A DNA stretch of 64,000 bases. It comes from Planctomycetota bacterium (GTDB taxonomy: Bacteria > Planctomycetota > UBA8108 > SXIK01). The DNA is taken from the NCBI GenBank assembly GCA_965223845.1, contig CBDCXR010000004.1:6848001-6912000 (forward strand), read 5' to 3'. Numbering within the stretch: position 1 is the first letter of the stretch; every line of letters begins with the position of its first letter. The position numbers were made by a program, and so were the translations under genes. Shown here one piece after another: positions 29,335-39,114 of the stretch. Below the pieces are notes generated by a model. It was not told the origin of the DNA, did not search any database, and worked only from the letters and a program-made list of their open reading frames with translations.

Positions 29335-29501
29335 CCGGGAGAGCGACGCGATGGAACGATCCGCGGTTCGAGTCCTGCGCAGGTCGATCGAGCGCGCGAT
29401 CGTCCCCGATGCAGATCGTTCGCTACCTGAGCGAAACTGCTTCCCCGTTCTTTGCTCCTCATCGGGATCCTAAGAGTCCGGGAGCGGAGCGTCACGTTCG
29501 C

Positions 29502-29545
29502 AAAAAAAGAGAGCTCGACTGATTCGAATCAGTCGAGCTCTCTTT
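29502..29545 (-). terminator. Intrinsic terminator (perfect 40-bp palindrome plus U-tract)
   Basis: AAAGAGAGCTCGACTGATTC|GAATCAGTCGAGCTCTCTTT (29506-29545); A7 at 29502-29508 gives a U-tract on the minus strand downstream of 29580..30365; T-rich on the plus side, so possibly bidirectional. Confidence 0.85.
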
Positions 29546-29579
29546 CTCTTGCCGGCCCGCGGCCGGAACCTTCCGCCGA

Positions 29580-30365
29580 TCAGGCGGTCGCCGAAGCGAG
29601 GGAGCGACGCCTGAGCAAGACGGCTCCCACGCAGACCAGCATGCCGATCAGCGCGACGAGTCCCCACGTCGAGACCGCCGGGACCGCGGGCACGTCGACG
29701 GGAATCGCCACGAGGGCGATCATGTTGCTTCCGCCGACGCCGTTGTTGCGGACCGAGGCCGAGGTCCCGGGCACCGGGGAGCGGTAGACCGCGTAGAACT
29801 GGTTCAGCCCTTGACCGGGGCCCACGCCGTCGCCGCCTTCGTCGACACCGGTGTAATCCGCCTGGCCGTTCGGAGAGATGCCCGTATTGACGCGAATGAA
29901 TCCTTCGTCGAGGACCCACTGGAGAGTTCCGCCGAGATCCGGATCCGTCGAGTTCGGGCTGCTGGTATCGCCAGAGGGGCCGTTGACTCGATTGTCGACG
30001 AGGAGATAGAAGACCGACGCCGTGTCCGTCGTCACGACCGCGGAGTAATCGTCCTGGTCGCGGGCGTTGTTCGCGAACCGGACGTAGTCGCCGCCGAGAA
30101 GGTAAGCGGGAAGCCCCACGATGTTCCCGCCCGCCGTGGAGAGGACGCCCCCGTCGTCGAACGCCGCACCGTTGTGCTGGTGGGTGCGATCCGAGAACGT
30201 CAGACTATCTTCGTCGAACGCGCCGTTTTCGATGATCGCAGCGGCGTCACCCCCGAGATTCATCTCCGTCACGCTCGTGATGTCGGCCCGCGACTGCGCG
30301 TGAACGCCGATCAGGACGAGCGCTGCCGCAACGACCGTCAGTGCATTGCGTCTCTGTAGTGCCAT
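29580..30365 (-). CDS. Exported protein with IPTL-CTERM-like sorting signal
   Basis: Signal peptide (..AQSRA-D); acidic Gly/Asn-rich domain; C-terminal VPAVSTWGLVALIGMLVCVGAVLLRRR. Confidence 0.85.
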   Translation of the reverse strand: MALQRRNALTVVAAALVLIGVHAQSRADITSVTEMNLGGDAAAIIENGAFDEDSLTFSDRTHQHNGAAFDDGGVLSTAGGNIVGLPAYLLGGDYVRFANNARDQDDYSAVVTTDTASVFYLLVDNRVNGPSGDTSSPNSTDPDLGGTLQWVLDEGFIRVNTGISPNGQADYTGVDEGGDGVGPGQGLNQFYAVYRSPVPGTSASVRNNGVGGSNMIALVAIPVDVPAVPAVSTWGLVALIGMLVCVGAVLLRRRSLASATA

Positions 30366-30593
30366 GGTTCCTCAACTCCGTAGATATCCCTGCCGCGTCT
30401 GCTGCGCCAAACAACAGACGATTCGACTCCGGTCAAACTTGCCCGAGAACGACTCGAGGACCAACCTTCGGGATTCATGCTATCCCCCGGCCCACGCCGT
30501 GTCAGCAGACCTTCCGGCGTGGTCGGAGAATCCGAGGGCTGTACGGAGGGTTTTTGGGCTCTCGCGGACGCGACGGCGGGCTCGACTCGGAAT

Positions 30594-31802
30594 CTAAGAC
30601 ACCGCGACGCGGGGGAGGCGCCGGTGGAAGAGGCAGAGCACTTCCCAGGGGATCGTCCCCAGCTCGCGGGCCCAGTCGAACACGCTCACGTGCTCTGAGC
30701 CGTCGCGTCCGATGAGCGTGACCACGTCCCCGGCCCGCGCGCCGGGAAGATCGGTGACGTCGAGGACGAGCTGATCCATCGTGATGCGGCCGAGCTGCCG
30801 CACGCGACGGCCGCCGACGATCGCCGTCATCCGGCCCGAGAGGCGCAGCGAGACTCCGTCGGCATAGCCGATGCCGACGGTCGCGGTCGTGAGGTCGCGA
30901 TCGGCGACGAAATCGCCGCCGTAGCTCACGGCTTCGCCTCGCCGGAGCGGCTTGACCTGCGTGATTCGCGCCTTCACCTCGAGCACGGGCTCGAGCGGGA
31001 TGATCGACTCGAGATGCGGAGCAGGAGCCATTCCGTAGAGCGCGAGGCCGATGCGAACCATGTCGTAGTGAAACCGCGGATCGGTCAGCGTTGCGGCAGT
31101 GTTCGCGAGGTGGACCGTCTGCGGCTGGAGGCCGACCGCTCGGGCTCCGCGGAGCACGCTCGCGAAGCGCCGCCGCTGCGTCTCCATCGAGGTCGGTTCG
31201 GGCGACGCCCGCTCGGGTCGGTCGGCGCAGGCGAGGTGCGAATACAGCCCAGCGGGTTGAAGCCAGCGCTCGAGCTCCCGCACCGCCCGGAGGAACTCGC
31301 CCGTCGACTCCCAGCGTTCACCGAGTCGCGAGAGGCCCGTATCGATCTTGAGGTGTACCTCGGCGCGACGGGGATCTCTCGTCCCGTCGCGCGCGGCGAG
31401 TCCGGCCGTCGCCGACGCGACCTCGAGCGCGTGCTCGGCGGAGCAGACCGTAAGCTGGAGGTCCGCGCGGAGCGCTCGCTCGACCGGGACCGCACCCGAG
31501 ATGAAGCCGAGAACGAGGATCGGCGTCGCGATCCCCGCTTCTCGCAGGGCGAGGCCTTCCTCGAGCGTCGCGACGCCGAGCGCATCGGACCCCGCTTCGA
31601 TCGCTGCGGTCGCCGCGGTGAGGGCGCCGTGCCCGTACGCGTCAGCCTTGACGACGGCGAGGAGCTTCGTGCCGTCGCGAAGAAGGCCGCGGACGGCCCG
31701 CACGTTGCGCTGGAGCGCGCCGAGGTCGATCTCGACCCACGCGCGCTCGGTTCCCGGTTCGCGCGGACTCGAGATGCCCCCGGGAATCTCGATTTCGCGC
31801 AC
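30594..31802 (-). CDS. alr: Alanine racemase
   Basis: AWVEIDL, AVVKADAYGHG (PLP Lys), HLKIDTG, SHLA, VSYG (Tyr), GYADG, GRITMDQ. Start uncertain (GTG 31802). Confidence 0.95.
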   Translation of the reverse strand: MREIEIPGGISSPREPGTERAWVEIDLGALQRNVRAVRGLLRDGTKLLAVVKADAYGHGALTAATAAIEAGSDALGVATLEEGLALREAGIATPILVLGFISGAVPVERALRADLQLTVCSAEHALEVASATAGLAARDGTRDPRRAEVHLKIDTGLSRLGERWESTGEFLRAVRELERWLQPAGLYSHLACADRPERASPEPTSMETQRRRFASVLRGARAVGLQPQTVHLANTAATLTDPRFHYDMVRIGLALYGMAPAPHLESIIPLEPVLEVKARITQVKPLRRGEAVSYGGDFVADRDLTTATVGIGYADGVSLRLSGRMTAIVGGRRVRQLGRITMDQLVLDVTDLPGARAGDVVTLIGRDGSEHVSVFDWARELGTIPWEVLCLFHRRLPRVAVS

Positions 31803-32078
31803 GCTCTCGACGACGGCTGCCGGCGGCGATCGATCCCTCTGTCTCACTCCTCTCTCGCTCCCGGTCTCGCTTCGTCGGGCCCGGCGAGACGGCAGGCGGC
31901 ACCGTCGCGACACGGATGATCGAGTTATCGGCCGATCGGTGGCGCCGACTTGACCCCCAGATGGCAAAAAAATGGCGAGCGGAACGGCGAGGAGCGCGCT
32001 GGCGACGGGTGGTTCGCCGAGCGAAAGCGTTTCTTGCCGCCGCGGGGGGGAGTCGAGCGTTCGGGCGAGAACCGGCGA

Positions 32079-33074
32079 TCAGTTGCCGCGCCGGCGTTTC
32101 ACGACCGCGTCGGTGATCACCGCCGAGAGAAGGACGATTCCGATGACGGCGTCCGTGTAGTGGGTCTCGAGCCCGATGAAGACGATCATCCGCTGCAGCA
32201 CCTTGAGGATCGCCGCTCCGACGAGGATGCCGAGGATCGACCCCTGGCCGCCGCGGAGCGCGCAGCCGCCGAGAACGGCCGCGGTGATGCCGTGGAGTTC
32301 GTACGCCATGCCGGCCGACGACGGCGCGACGCTCTGGATCGTGCTCGCCTGGAGGATCCCCGCGAGCCCGGCGAGAAATCCGGCGAGACCGAAGGTGAAC
32401 GTCCGGAGCGTGTGAATGCGGACGCCGGAGAAGCGAGCGGCTTCGAGGTTGTATCCGATTGCATAGAGATAGCGACCGTGGACGGTGAAGTGCATGAAGA
32501 ACAGGAGGGCGGCCACGACGAGGATGAGCGTCCACACCGGGACCGGCACCGAAAGAATCTGTCCGTTTCCGAGCCAGAAGAACGCCTCGGACTCGAGCTC
32601 TCGATAGGACACCGTCCGATCACCGGTGATCCCCCGCGCGATGCTCCGAAAGATGAGGAGCGAGCACAGCGTGACCATGAAGGGCTGGAGATTGAGTCGG
32701 CAGACGAGGATCCCGTGGACGCATCCGACCGCCGTCGTGAAGACCAGCGCTAGGGGGACGACGGCGAGGACGGACCATTCCGCGCCGAACTCGGGCGAGA
32801 TGAGATAGATGCAGTTGAGCCCGACGAAACAGATCACCGAGCCGACGGAGAGATCGATGCCGCCCGCCACGATGACGATTCCCTGGCCGAGCGCGAACAG
32901 CGCGAGAATCGCGATCTCGCGGCTGAGAGTCTGCAGACTGTAAGCACTCAGGATCTTTGGATTGTTGAAGTACGTGATCGCGAAGAGCGCGATGAGGAGG
33001 ACGGTCATCCCGATGACCTGAATGCTGACATCGGAGACCTGTCGCGGACCGACCTTCGCTTGCTGGGCACTCAT
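32079..33074 (-). CDS. Sugar ABC transporter permease (RbsC-like)
   Basis: GGIDLSVG, PFMVTL, GRYLYAIG.N.EAARFSG, YELHGITAAVLGG. Confidence 0.93.
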   Translation of the reverse strand: MSAQQAKVGPRQVSDVSIQVIGMTVLLIALFAITYFNNPKILSAYSLQTLSREIAILALFALGQGIVIVAGGIDLSVGSVICFVGLNCIYLISPEFGAEWSVLAVVPLALVFTTAVGCVHGILVCRLNLQPFMVTLCSLLIFRSIARGITGDRTVSYRELESEAFFWLGNGQILSVPVPVWTLILVVAALLFFMHFTVHGRYLYAIGYNLEAARFSGVRIHTLRTFTFGLAGFLAGLAGILQASTIQSVAPSSAGMAYELHGITAAVLGGCALRGGQGSILGILVGAAILKVLQRMIVFIGLETHYTDAVIGIVLLSAVITDAVVKRRRGN

Positions 33075-33084
33075 CGCACGATTC

Positions 33085-34662
33085 TCATTGTTCCGTCTCG
33101 CGCGCTTCGGTCCCGCCGACGGCGAGATGGAGCACGCTTTCTTCGGTGATCGCGTCGCCGGAGAGCTCTCCCGTGAGGCGTCCCTCGTGCATGACGATGA
33201 CGCGATCGCTCATCGCGATCAGCTCCTCCATCTCGGAGCTCACCATGAGGATGCTGAGCCCGCGTTCGGCGAGCTCGCTCATGAGGTGATAGATTTCTTC
33301 CTTTGCGCCGACGTCGACGCCGCGCGTCGGCTCGTCGAGGACGAGGACGCGCCCGCCGAGCGAAAGCCATTTTCCGAGGACGACCTTCTGCTGGTTGCCG
33401 CCGCTCAGGTTTTTCGCGTCGACCTCGATCGACGGTGTTCGGATCCGGAGCTGAGTTTTCTGCTCCTCGGCGACGTCGAGCTCGCGCTTTCGGTCGAGTA
33501 GGCCCCAGCGCCGGTATCCCGAAAGCCCCGCCATCGAAATGTTCTCTCGCACGGACATCTCGAGCACGAGTCCCTGCGTCTTTCGGTCTTCGGGGACGAG
33601 GAGGAATCCGGCGGCGACGGCGTCGCGCGGCGAGTGAATCGAGACGGGTTCGCCGTCGATCTTCATCTCCCCGCTCTCGATCGGATCGATGCCGAAGAGC
33701 GCGCGCATGAGCTCGGTTCGTCCCGCGCCGACGAGTCCGGCGACACCGAGGATCTCGCCCTGATGGAGCTCGAACGAAACCGGCGCCGATGCCCCGGGGA
33801 GAACGATGTCGTCGACTTCGAGCACGACGGGCTGCGCGCTCGCCGCTTGATTGCGCTCGTGCGAGAAGAACTTCGAAACGTCGCGGCCGACCATCAGCCG
33901 CACCATGTTGTCATGCGTGATCGCGTCCCCGTCGAGAAAGCCGGCCATCTCGCCGTCGCGGAGAACCTGCACCCGCCGCGCGAGGCGCGCGATCTCCCCC
34001 AGCCGATGCGAGATGTAGATCACCGCGATACCGCGAGCGCGAAGCTCTTCGATCCGCTCGAAGAGAATCTCGGCCTCCTTCGTCGAGAGTGAGCTCGTCG
34101 GCTCGTCGAAGATGAGGAGCTGCGCGTTCTGCGAGAGTGCCTTCGCGATCTCGACGAGCTGCTTCTGTCCCGGGCTCAGATCGCCGAGGAGCGTTCGCGG
34201 GGCGATGTCGAGGCCGATCTGATCGAGCGCTTCCGACGCGCCGGAATAGAGCTTCCGCCGCGAGCGCACGCCGAGCGTGACATCTCCGAAGAGAGCCTGT
34301 CGCGGCTGCCGGCCGAGAAAGATGTTCTCGGCGAGCGACAGATTGTCCGCGAGATTCAGCTCTTGATGGATGATCGCGATGCCCGCGCGGAGCGACTCCG
34401 TCACGGACGGGAAGACGACGGTCTCTCCGCCGACGCGAATCTCGCCCGCCTCCGGCTGATAGATCCCGCCGACGATCTTCATCAGCGTGCTTTTTCCCGC
34501 GCCGTTCTCGCCGATGAGTGCGAGGACTTCGCCCGGGCTCGCGGCGAGATCGACATCCCGGAGAGCTTGCACTCCGGGAAACGCCTTCGAGATGCCGCGC
34601 ACCTCGAGAAACGGATCACCCGAAGTCGCCGGAGCTGGAGGAGGAGACGAATCCGCGCTCAT
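33085..34662 (-). CDS. Sugar ABC transporter ATP-binding protein (RbsA-like, two domains)
   Basis: GENGAGKST, DEPT, GLVGAGRTEL, PEDRK, LSGGNQQKV, DEPTRGVDVGAK. Confidence 0.95.
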   Translation of the reverse strand: MSADSSPPPAPATSGDPFLEVRGISKAFPGVQALRDVDLAASPGEVLALIGENGAGKSTLMKIVGGIYQPEAGEIRVGGETVVFPSVTESLRAGIAIIHQELNLADNLSLAENIFLGRQPRQALFGDVTLGVRSRRKLYSGASEALDQIGLDIAPRTLLGDLSPGQKQLVEIAKALSQNAQLLIFDEPTSSLSTKEAEILFERIEELRARGIAVIYISHRLGEIARLARRVQVLRDGEMAGFLDGDAITHDNMVRLMVGRDVSKFFSHERNQAASAQPVVLEVDDIVLPGASAPVSFELHQGEILGVAGLVGAGRTELMRALFGIDPIESGEMKIDGEPVSIHSPRDAVAAGFLLVPEDRKTQGLVLEMSVRENISMAGLSGYRRWGLLDRKRELDVAEEQKTQLRIRTPSIEVDAKNLSGGNQQKVVLGKWLSLGGRVLVLDEPTRGVDVGAKEEIYHLMSELAERGLSILMVSSEMEELIAMSDRVIVMHEGRLTGELSGDAITEESVLHLAVGGTEARETEQ

Positions 34663-34705
34663 TCCGTCGGATCACCCCGTCAGACGGAAGAATCGCCGCG
34701 GGTGA

Positions 34706-35662
34706 TCACTGACCTTCCTTGAGGAGTCCGGTCAGCTTCGTCTTGAACGCCGCGACGTTGCTCGGGTCGATGACCTCGACGGGGACGTAGTGAAGCTTGT
34801 TCGCCGGGAGCCCCGGATCTTCGCCGCGCGAAAGCATCGCGAGCGCGCGGATCGACTGGAAGCCGAACTCGTACGGCTGCTGAACGACGGTCGACTGCAC
34901 GTGGCCCTTTTCGATGCCGTCGAGCGTCGGCATCTCCTCGTCGAACCCGATGATCTTGATCTTGCCGAGCAAGCCCTTCTCGTCGAGTACCTTCAGAATC
35001 GCCGGCGGATTGTACGACCAGAGACCCACGAGACACTTGAGGTCCGGATACTTGTCGAGAGCGTTCCGAACATTGTCCTGCGCGCGAGCGCGATCCGTCT
35101 CATCGGTGAACGTCTCGACGATTTCGATGCCCTTCGGCTCGACGATCTCCGCGACGCCCTGCCTTCGCTCGCGCGCGTTCGCGACGTCGAGCTTGCCGAC
35201 GAAAACGGCGATCTTGCCGCCCTCCGGGATCGCCTTCAGCACTTCGCGTCCGGCGACGCGGCCCGCTTCGACGTTGTCGGTGCCGATGTAGGCGATGCGA
35301 TTCGATTCTGGGCAGTCGGAGTCCTGCGTGATCACCGGCATGTGCTTCGCAGCTTCGTTGAGGATGCCGATCGCGCCCTTCGGATCGAGGACACTCACGG
35401 CCATTCCCTTCACTCCCTTCGAGATCAAGGTCTCGATGATCTGACGCTGCCGCGCGGCCGTGCCGTCCGGGGTTTCGAACGCGACCTCGACGTCGAATGC
35501 CTTCTCGGCTTTCCGCACTCCGGCGCGCGCGAGGGTCCAAAAATCGCTCGACGTATTGATGACGAAGGCGAGCTGCGTCTTCGCGGTCTCGTTGCGACAG
35601 CCGGCGGTCGAGAGGATGAGAGCGCCGAAGAACACAAACAGAATGCGGGCGAGTAACTTCAT
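34706..35662 (-). CDS. Sugar ABC transporter substrate-binding lipoprotein (RbsB-like)
   Basis: Lipobox TAGC; FWT, DSD, YIGTDN, GFD, VVQQPYEFG. Confidence 0.93.
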   Translation of the reverse strand: MKLLARILFVFFGALILSTAGCRNETAKTQLAFVINTSSDFWTLARAGVRKAEKAFDVEVAFETPDGTAARQRQIIETLISKGVKGMAVSVLDPKGAIGILNEAAKHMPVITQDSDCPESNRIAYIGTDNVEAGRVAGREVLKAIPEGGKIAVFVGKLDVANARERRQGVAEIVEPKGIEIVETFTDETDRARAQDNVRNALDKYPDLKCLVGLWSYNPPAILKVLDEKGLLGKIKIIGFDEEMPTLDGIEKGHVQSTVVQQPYEFGFQSIRALAMLSRGEDPGLPANKLHYVPVEVIDPSNVAAFKTKLTGLLKEGQ

Positions 35663-35876
35663 GCTCGATCCCTTGATGGTGCGAGTTGGGGCGAGCCGGA
35701 GGCGAACGTCGCGCGCGCTTGGCGCGCGAAGCGGATGGAGCGGAGCACCCGGAGTGCTCCGTCTCGAACCCCGGTCGACGGAGACGGTGAAGCGGGAAAT
35801 GGTAGCCCGCCCACCCGTCACCCATCAAGGGGAGCGGCGGTGCCGCCGACCGCGCGGAGGGCTCCGGTAATCCGGG

Positions 35877-36815
35877 CTACGCGGGTTCGCTCACCGCCTC
35901 GCGGCATTCCGCCCGCTGGCCGGGCGAGGGGTCGTCGGAGGAGGCCGGTTCGCTCGGCGATTCTTCGTCCGCGTTCTCGCGCGCGTCTGCGGGCGCCGGT
36001 GGGTTCGCGCTGGGCGAGCCAACCCCGTCGCGGCGTTCGTTCTCCGCGACGCCTTCGCGGAGGATCGCGTCGATCGGCTTCGCCGGACGGTAGAAGAGTC
36101 CGTAGCGAAGGACGCAGCGGAACGCGGAGACCGCGTCGCGCCAGCCGATCTTCTTTCCTTCGCCGTAGCTGCGGCCGTCGTAGGCGATTCCGACTTCGTA
36201 GATCCGGCAGCCGAGGCGAGCGATCTTGGCTGTGATCTCGGGCTCGAACCCGAAGCGGTTTTCTCGGATCTCGATCGCGCGGACGACCTCGGTGCGGAAT
36301 ACCTTGTAGCAGGTCTCCATGTCGGTGAGGTTCAGGTTCGTAAACATGTTCGAGATCAGAGTCAGGGTCCGGTTCGCAACCGCATGCCAGAAGAAGAGGA
36401 CCCGGTGTGCCGAGCCGGTGAGGAACCGCGAACCGTAGACGACGTCGGCCTTTCCCTCGAAGAAGGGGAGGAGGAGCTTCGAGTACTCCGAAGGGTCGTA
36501 TTCGAGGTCGGCGTCCTGGATCAGCGTGAGATCGCCGGTCACCTCCCGGAATCCCGATCGCAGCGCCGCCCCCTTGCCTTGGTTCTTCTCGTGCAGGACG
36601 AGGCGCTGGATCGCGCCTTCGGAGTGAAGCGACTGCAGCTTCTCGCGCGTGCCGTCGGTCGAGAAGTCGTCGACCGCGACGATCTCGGTCTCGTACGGAA
36701 CCGCACGCACTCGTGAGACGATCTCCTCGATCGTCGAGCGCTCGTTGTAAACGGGAATCACGACCGACAGTCGAAGCTTCTCGGGACGGATCGGGGTGCG
36801 GTGGGGGTTCGACAT
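35877..36815 (-). CDS. Glycosyltransferase family 2 (polyprenol-phosphate glycosyltransferase-like)
   Basis: LSVVIPVYNE, VDDFSTDGT, NQGKG, QDADLEYDP, TDMETCYK, FGFEPEIT. Confidence 0.93.
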   Translation of the reverse strand: MSNPHRTPIRPEKLRLSVVIPVYNERSTIEEIVSRVRAVPYETEIVAVDDFSTDGTREKLQSLHSEGAIQRLVLHEKNQGKGAALRSGFREVTGDLTLIQDADLEYDPSEYSKLLLPFFEGKADVVYGSRFLTGSAHRVLFFWHAVANRTLTLISNMFTNLNLTDMETCYKVFRTEVVRAIEIRENRFGFEPEITAKIARLGCRIYEVGIAYDGRSYGEGKKIGWRDAVSAFRCVLRYGLFYRPAKPIDAILREGVAENERRDGVGSPSANPPAPADARENADEESPSEPASSDDPSPGQRAECREAVSEPA

Positions 36816-36952
36816 CGGGTTCGACTCTTGAGCAGGCGAGAGAGACCGCCCGGACGGACGGGCGCCGAGCGGACGTCGCGGCGCGGGTAACGTGGTTATC
36901 GCCCGCGGCTGTGTCCGATCTGAACCGCGTTCCGGGATGCTGAGAGACTCGC

Positions 36953-36961
36953 TGCTACAAT
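36953..36961 (+). promoter_or_regulatory. Extended -10 promoter (TGcTACAAT), probably leaderless
   Basis: TG-n-TACAAT ends 7 nt before ATG 36969; no Shine-Dalgarno. Confidence 0.6.
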
Positions 36962-36968
36962 ACCGGCC

Positions 36969-37967
36969 ATGAAAGAGACTGAGTACCGCGACTTGCTCGG
37001 CGACCTCGGCCGAATGCTTCGCGCCGGCCTGCCGATTCGGGAGTCGCTCGCGAGTCTCGGAGACGCGCGCCGTCCGGAGCAGCCGGTGGGGGTCGTCCGG
37101 CGCCGTCTCGCCGCTCGCGACGTCGTCGCGGGACTTCGCGCGCGAATCGAGGACGGTGCGACGCTCGCCGAAGCCGCCGCCGACTTTCCCCACGATATTC
37201 CGCGGACGGACGCTGCGCTCATCCGCGCGGGCGAGGAAGGAGGAACGCTTCCCGCGACGCTCGAGTCGATCGCAGACGCGATCGATCATCGCCGCGCGCT
37301 CCGCGAAGCGCACGGCGGCGAGATCAAGTGGAGCCTCGTCACTCTCTACGCGGCGATCGTGCTCCTTCCCCTCGCGAGTGTTGCGAGCGACGGTTGGCTC
37401 AGTTATCTCGCCATCGAGATCCCGCTCCTCGCGGCGGTCGGGCTCGTCATTCTGGTGATCCGTGTCGGCCCAAAGCTCGCGCCCGAGTCCTCGTCGTTCC
37501 GCGAATCCGCCGAGAAGTGGTATCTGCGGATTCCGGTGTGGGGACGGCTCGCCGCCAAGCTCGAGCTCGCGCGACTCTTCGACGCGCTCGGACGGCTTCT
37601 CGCCGCCGGCGTTCCGCTCTCGGGCGGAGTGCCGCTCGCCGCCGAGACCGTGCGCTGGCTCCGGCTCCGGCGCCGGATCCTCGCCGTGAGTGGAGAGCTC
37701 GAAGCGGGGAGCTCGGTCGCCGACGCGCTGCGTCCCTTGGACGCCGAGCTTTCGGGGGGGAGCTGGCGCGCTCGGATCGCGGCCGGGGAGGCGGCGGGGA
37801 AACTCGACGCGGCGTTTGTCGACGTCGCTCGCGGGTGGGAAGAGGACTACCGGCGCGGGATGCGCCGCGTCATGAGATGGATCCCCATCGTCATGACGCT
37901 GGTTGTCGGCGCTTTCGTCTTGTGGTTTGCTCTCGGCTTGGTCGAGCGGCTCACGAGTCTGCTGTGA
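36969..37967 (+). CDS. Type II secretion/type IV pilus platform protein (GspF/PilC family)
   Basis: Two T2SSF repeats: MLRAGLPI...AGEEGGTL and LLAAGVPL...AGEAAGKLD, each followed by TMs. Confidence 0.88.
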   Translation: MKETEYRDLLGDLGRMLRAGLPIRESLASLGDARRPEQPVGVVRRRLAARDVVAGLRARIEDGATLAEAAADFPHDIPRTDAALIRAGEEGGTLPATLESIADAIDHRRALREAHGGEIKWSLVTLYAAIVLLPLASVASDGWLSYLAIEIPLLAAVGLVILVIRVGPKLAPESSSFRESAEKWYLRIPVWGRLAAKLELARLFDALGRLLAAGVPLSGGVPLAAETVRWLRLRRRILAVSGELEAGSSVADALRPLDAELSGGSWRARIAAGEAAGKLDAAFVDVARGWEEDYRRGMRRVMRWIPIVMTLVVGAFVLWFALGLVERLTSLL

Positions 37968-38082
37968 GCGAGAGTTGATTTCGGTCGAAGGAATCCGGTG
38001 CCGCAGGATGGCGCAGCGATCGTCGGAGCATCGGTCTCGATCGAGCGAAGCTGCCGCGAACGGACGAGCGAGAGTTGCCGCG

Positions 38083-39114
38083 ATGGTACGTTCGCTCGCG
38101 CTCGCGCTCGCGCTCGCGCTCGCGGTCGCCGGATCGGCGTGCTACGAGATCCCTCCGGATCTTGCGATGATCGAGAGCGAGCGTCCCCCGACCCCTCCGC
38201 GCGCCTACGATCCCGCGGCGTTCGCGCCGGAGAACCTCTGGTTCACCCGGGCGTGGCTCGGAGAGCGACCGGCGGACGGACAGCTCTCCGAACCGGCGCC
38301 GCCGGGAGGAAGATTCACGATCGATGACTACGGTGAGGTCGATCGTGCGGAGATGATCGCGTTTCTCGATGCCGCGTGCGCGCGCGCGGCCGACGAGACG
38401 AGCGAGGCCGACTCGCTCGGTCGCGCGATGTTCCACGCGGACGTCGTCAGCCTCTTGGCGGCGCGCGGCGAGACGTCTTCGCCCGCGTCGGTCTCCGAGC
38501 GGGCCACGCGGGAAGCGTTCGGTGCGGCACTCACCGAGGCCGCGCGAGCGACCGCGCCTCATTCGTCCGTGCTCGACTCGGAGCGCGCCTTGTTGCCGCC
38601 GCCTCTCCGCGAGAGCGGGTGGCGCGCGACGGAACGAGATCTCCCCCGAGGCCTCCTCCCGAGCGGCTTCGACTTCCGCTGGACGGAGACGCTCGAGCGA
38701 TCGACGGAGAAGGCGGTCGAGAGCGCGCTCGTTCGCTATCGCATCGCGTGGCGGGGCGAAATTGTCGCGACGAGACTCCCTTCGGAGTGCTGGGTGCTCC
38801 GGCGGGTGAACGGCGGCGTCGAGCCGTCGGTCTGGCGCGTCGATCGGGCGCGACTCGCTCGGGGCGAAGACCCTTGGGTCGAGTGGGATGCGGACGCAAC
38901 GATCGAGATTCGGAATCCGTCATCCCCCGAGCTCTGGGTGAAGGGGCCGATGGCCGCGGTGTGCACTCAGTGCCACGACGGGGCGACGCCGGAGCTCGGT
39001 CGTCCCGACGCGCGTGAGGACGCGCGGCTCGCGGCGCAAGTCGCGCGCGCGAGAGAGATCATCGCGAAGCTCGGAGAGCGGCCGGCGGTCGCCCCGGAAA
39101 CGGACGCGCCATGA
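38083..39114 (+). CDS. Hypothetical lipoprotein with one CxxCH heme-binding motif
   Basis: Lipobox GSAC after an (LA)n stretch; CTQCH near the C-terminus; stop overlaps the next ATG. Alternative start 38008. Confidence 0.65.
   Translation: MVRSLALALALALAVAGSACYEIPPDLAMIESERPPTPPRAYDPAAFAPENLWFTRAWLGERPADGQLSEPAPPGGRFTIDDYGEVDRAEMIAFLDAACARAADETSEADSLGRAMFHADVVSLLAARGETSSPASVSERATREAFGAALTEAARATAPHSSVLDSERALLPPPLRESGWRATERDLPRGLLPSGFDFRWTETLERSTEKAVESALVRYRIAWRGEIVATRLPSECWVLRRVNGGVEPSVWRVDRARLARGEDPWVEWDADATIEIRNPSSPELWVKGPMAAVCTQCHDGATPELGRPDAREDARLAAQVARAREIIAKLGERPAVAPETDAP
38095..38124 (+). repeat. (CTCGCG)5 in-frame tandem repeat
   Basis: Five exact hexamers encoding LALALALALA in the signal peptide. 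Confidence 0.85.

Noticed and set aside
29361-29380. tRNA T-arm-like GGTTCGAGTCC near asnS (similar GGTTCGA hairpins near 15233 and 27828)
   Set aside because: No acceptor, D or anticodon arms could be folded, and TCGA words are very common here.
31925-31953. Sigma28-like promoter (TCAA...GCCGATAA, minus strand) upstream of alr
   Set aside because: The spacer is 17 nt rather than about 15, and there is no motility context.
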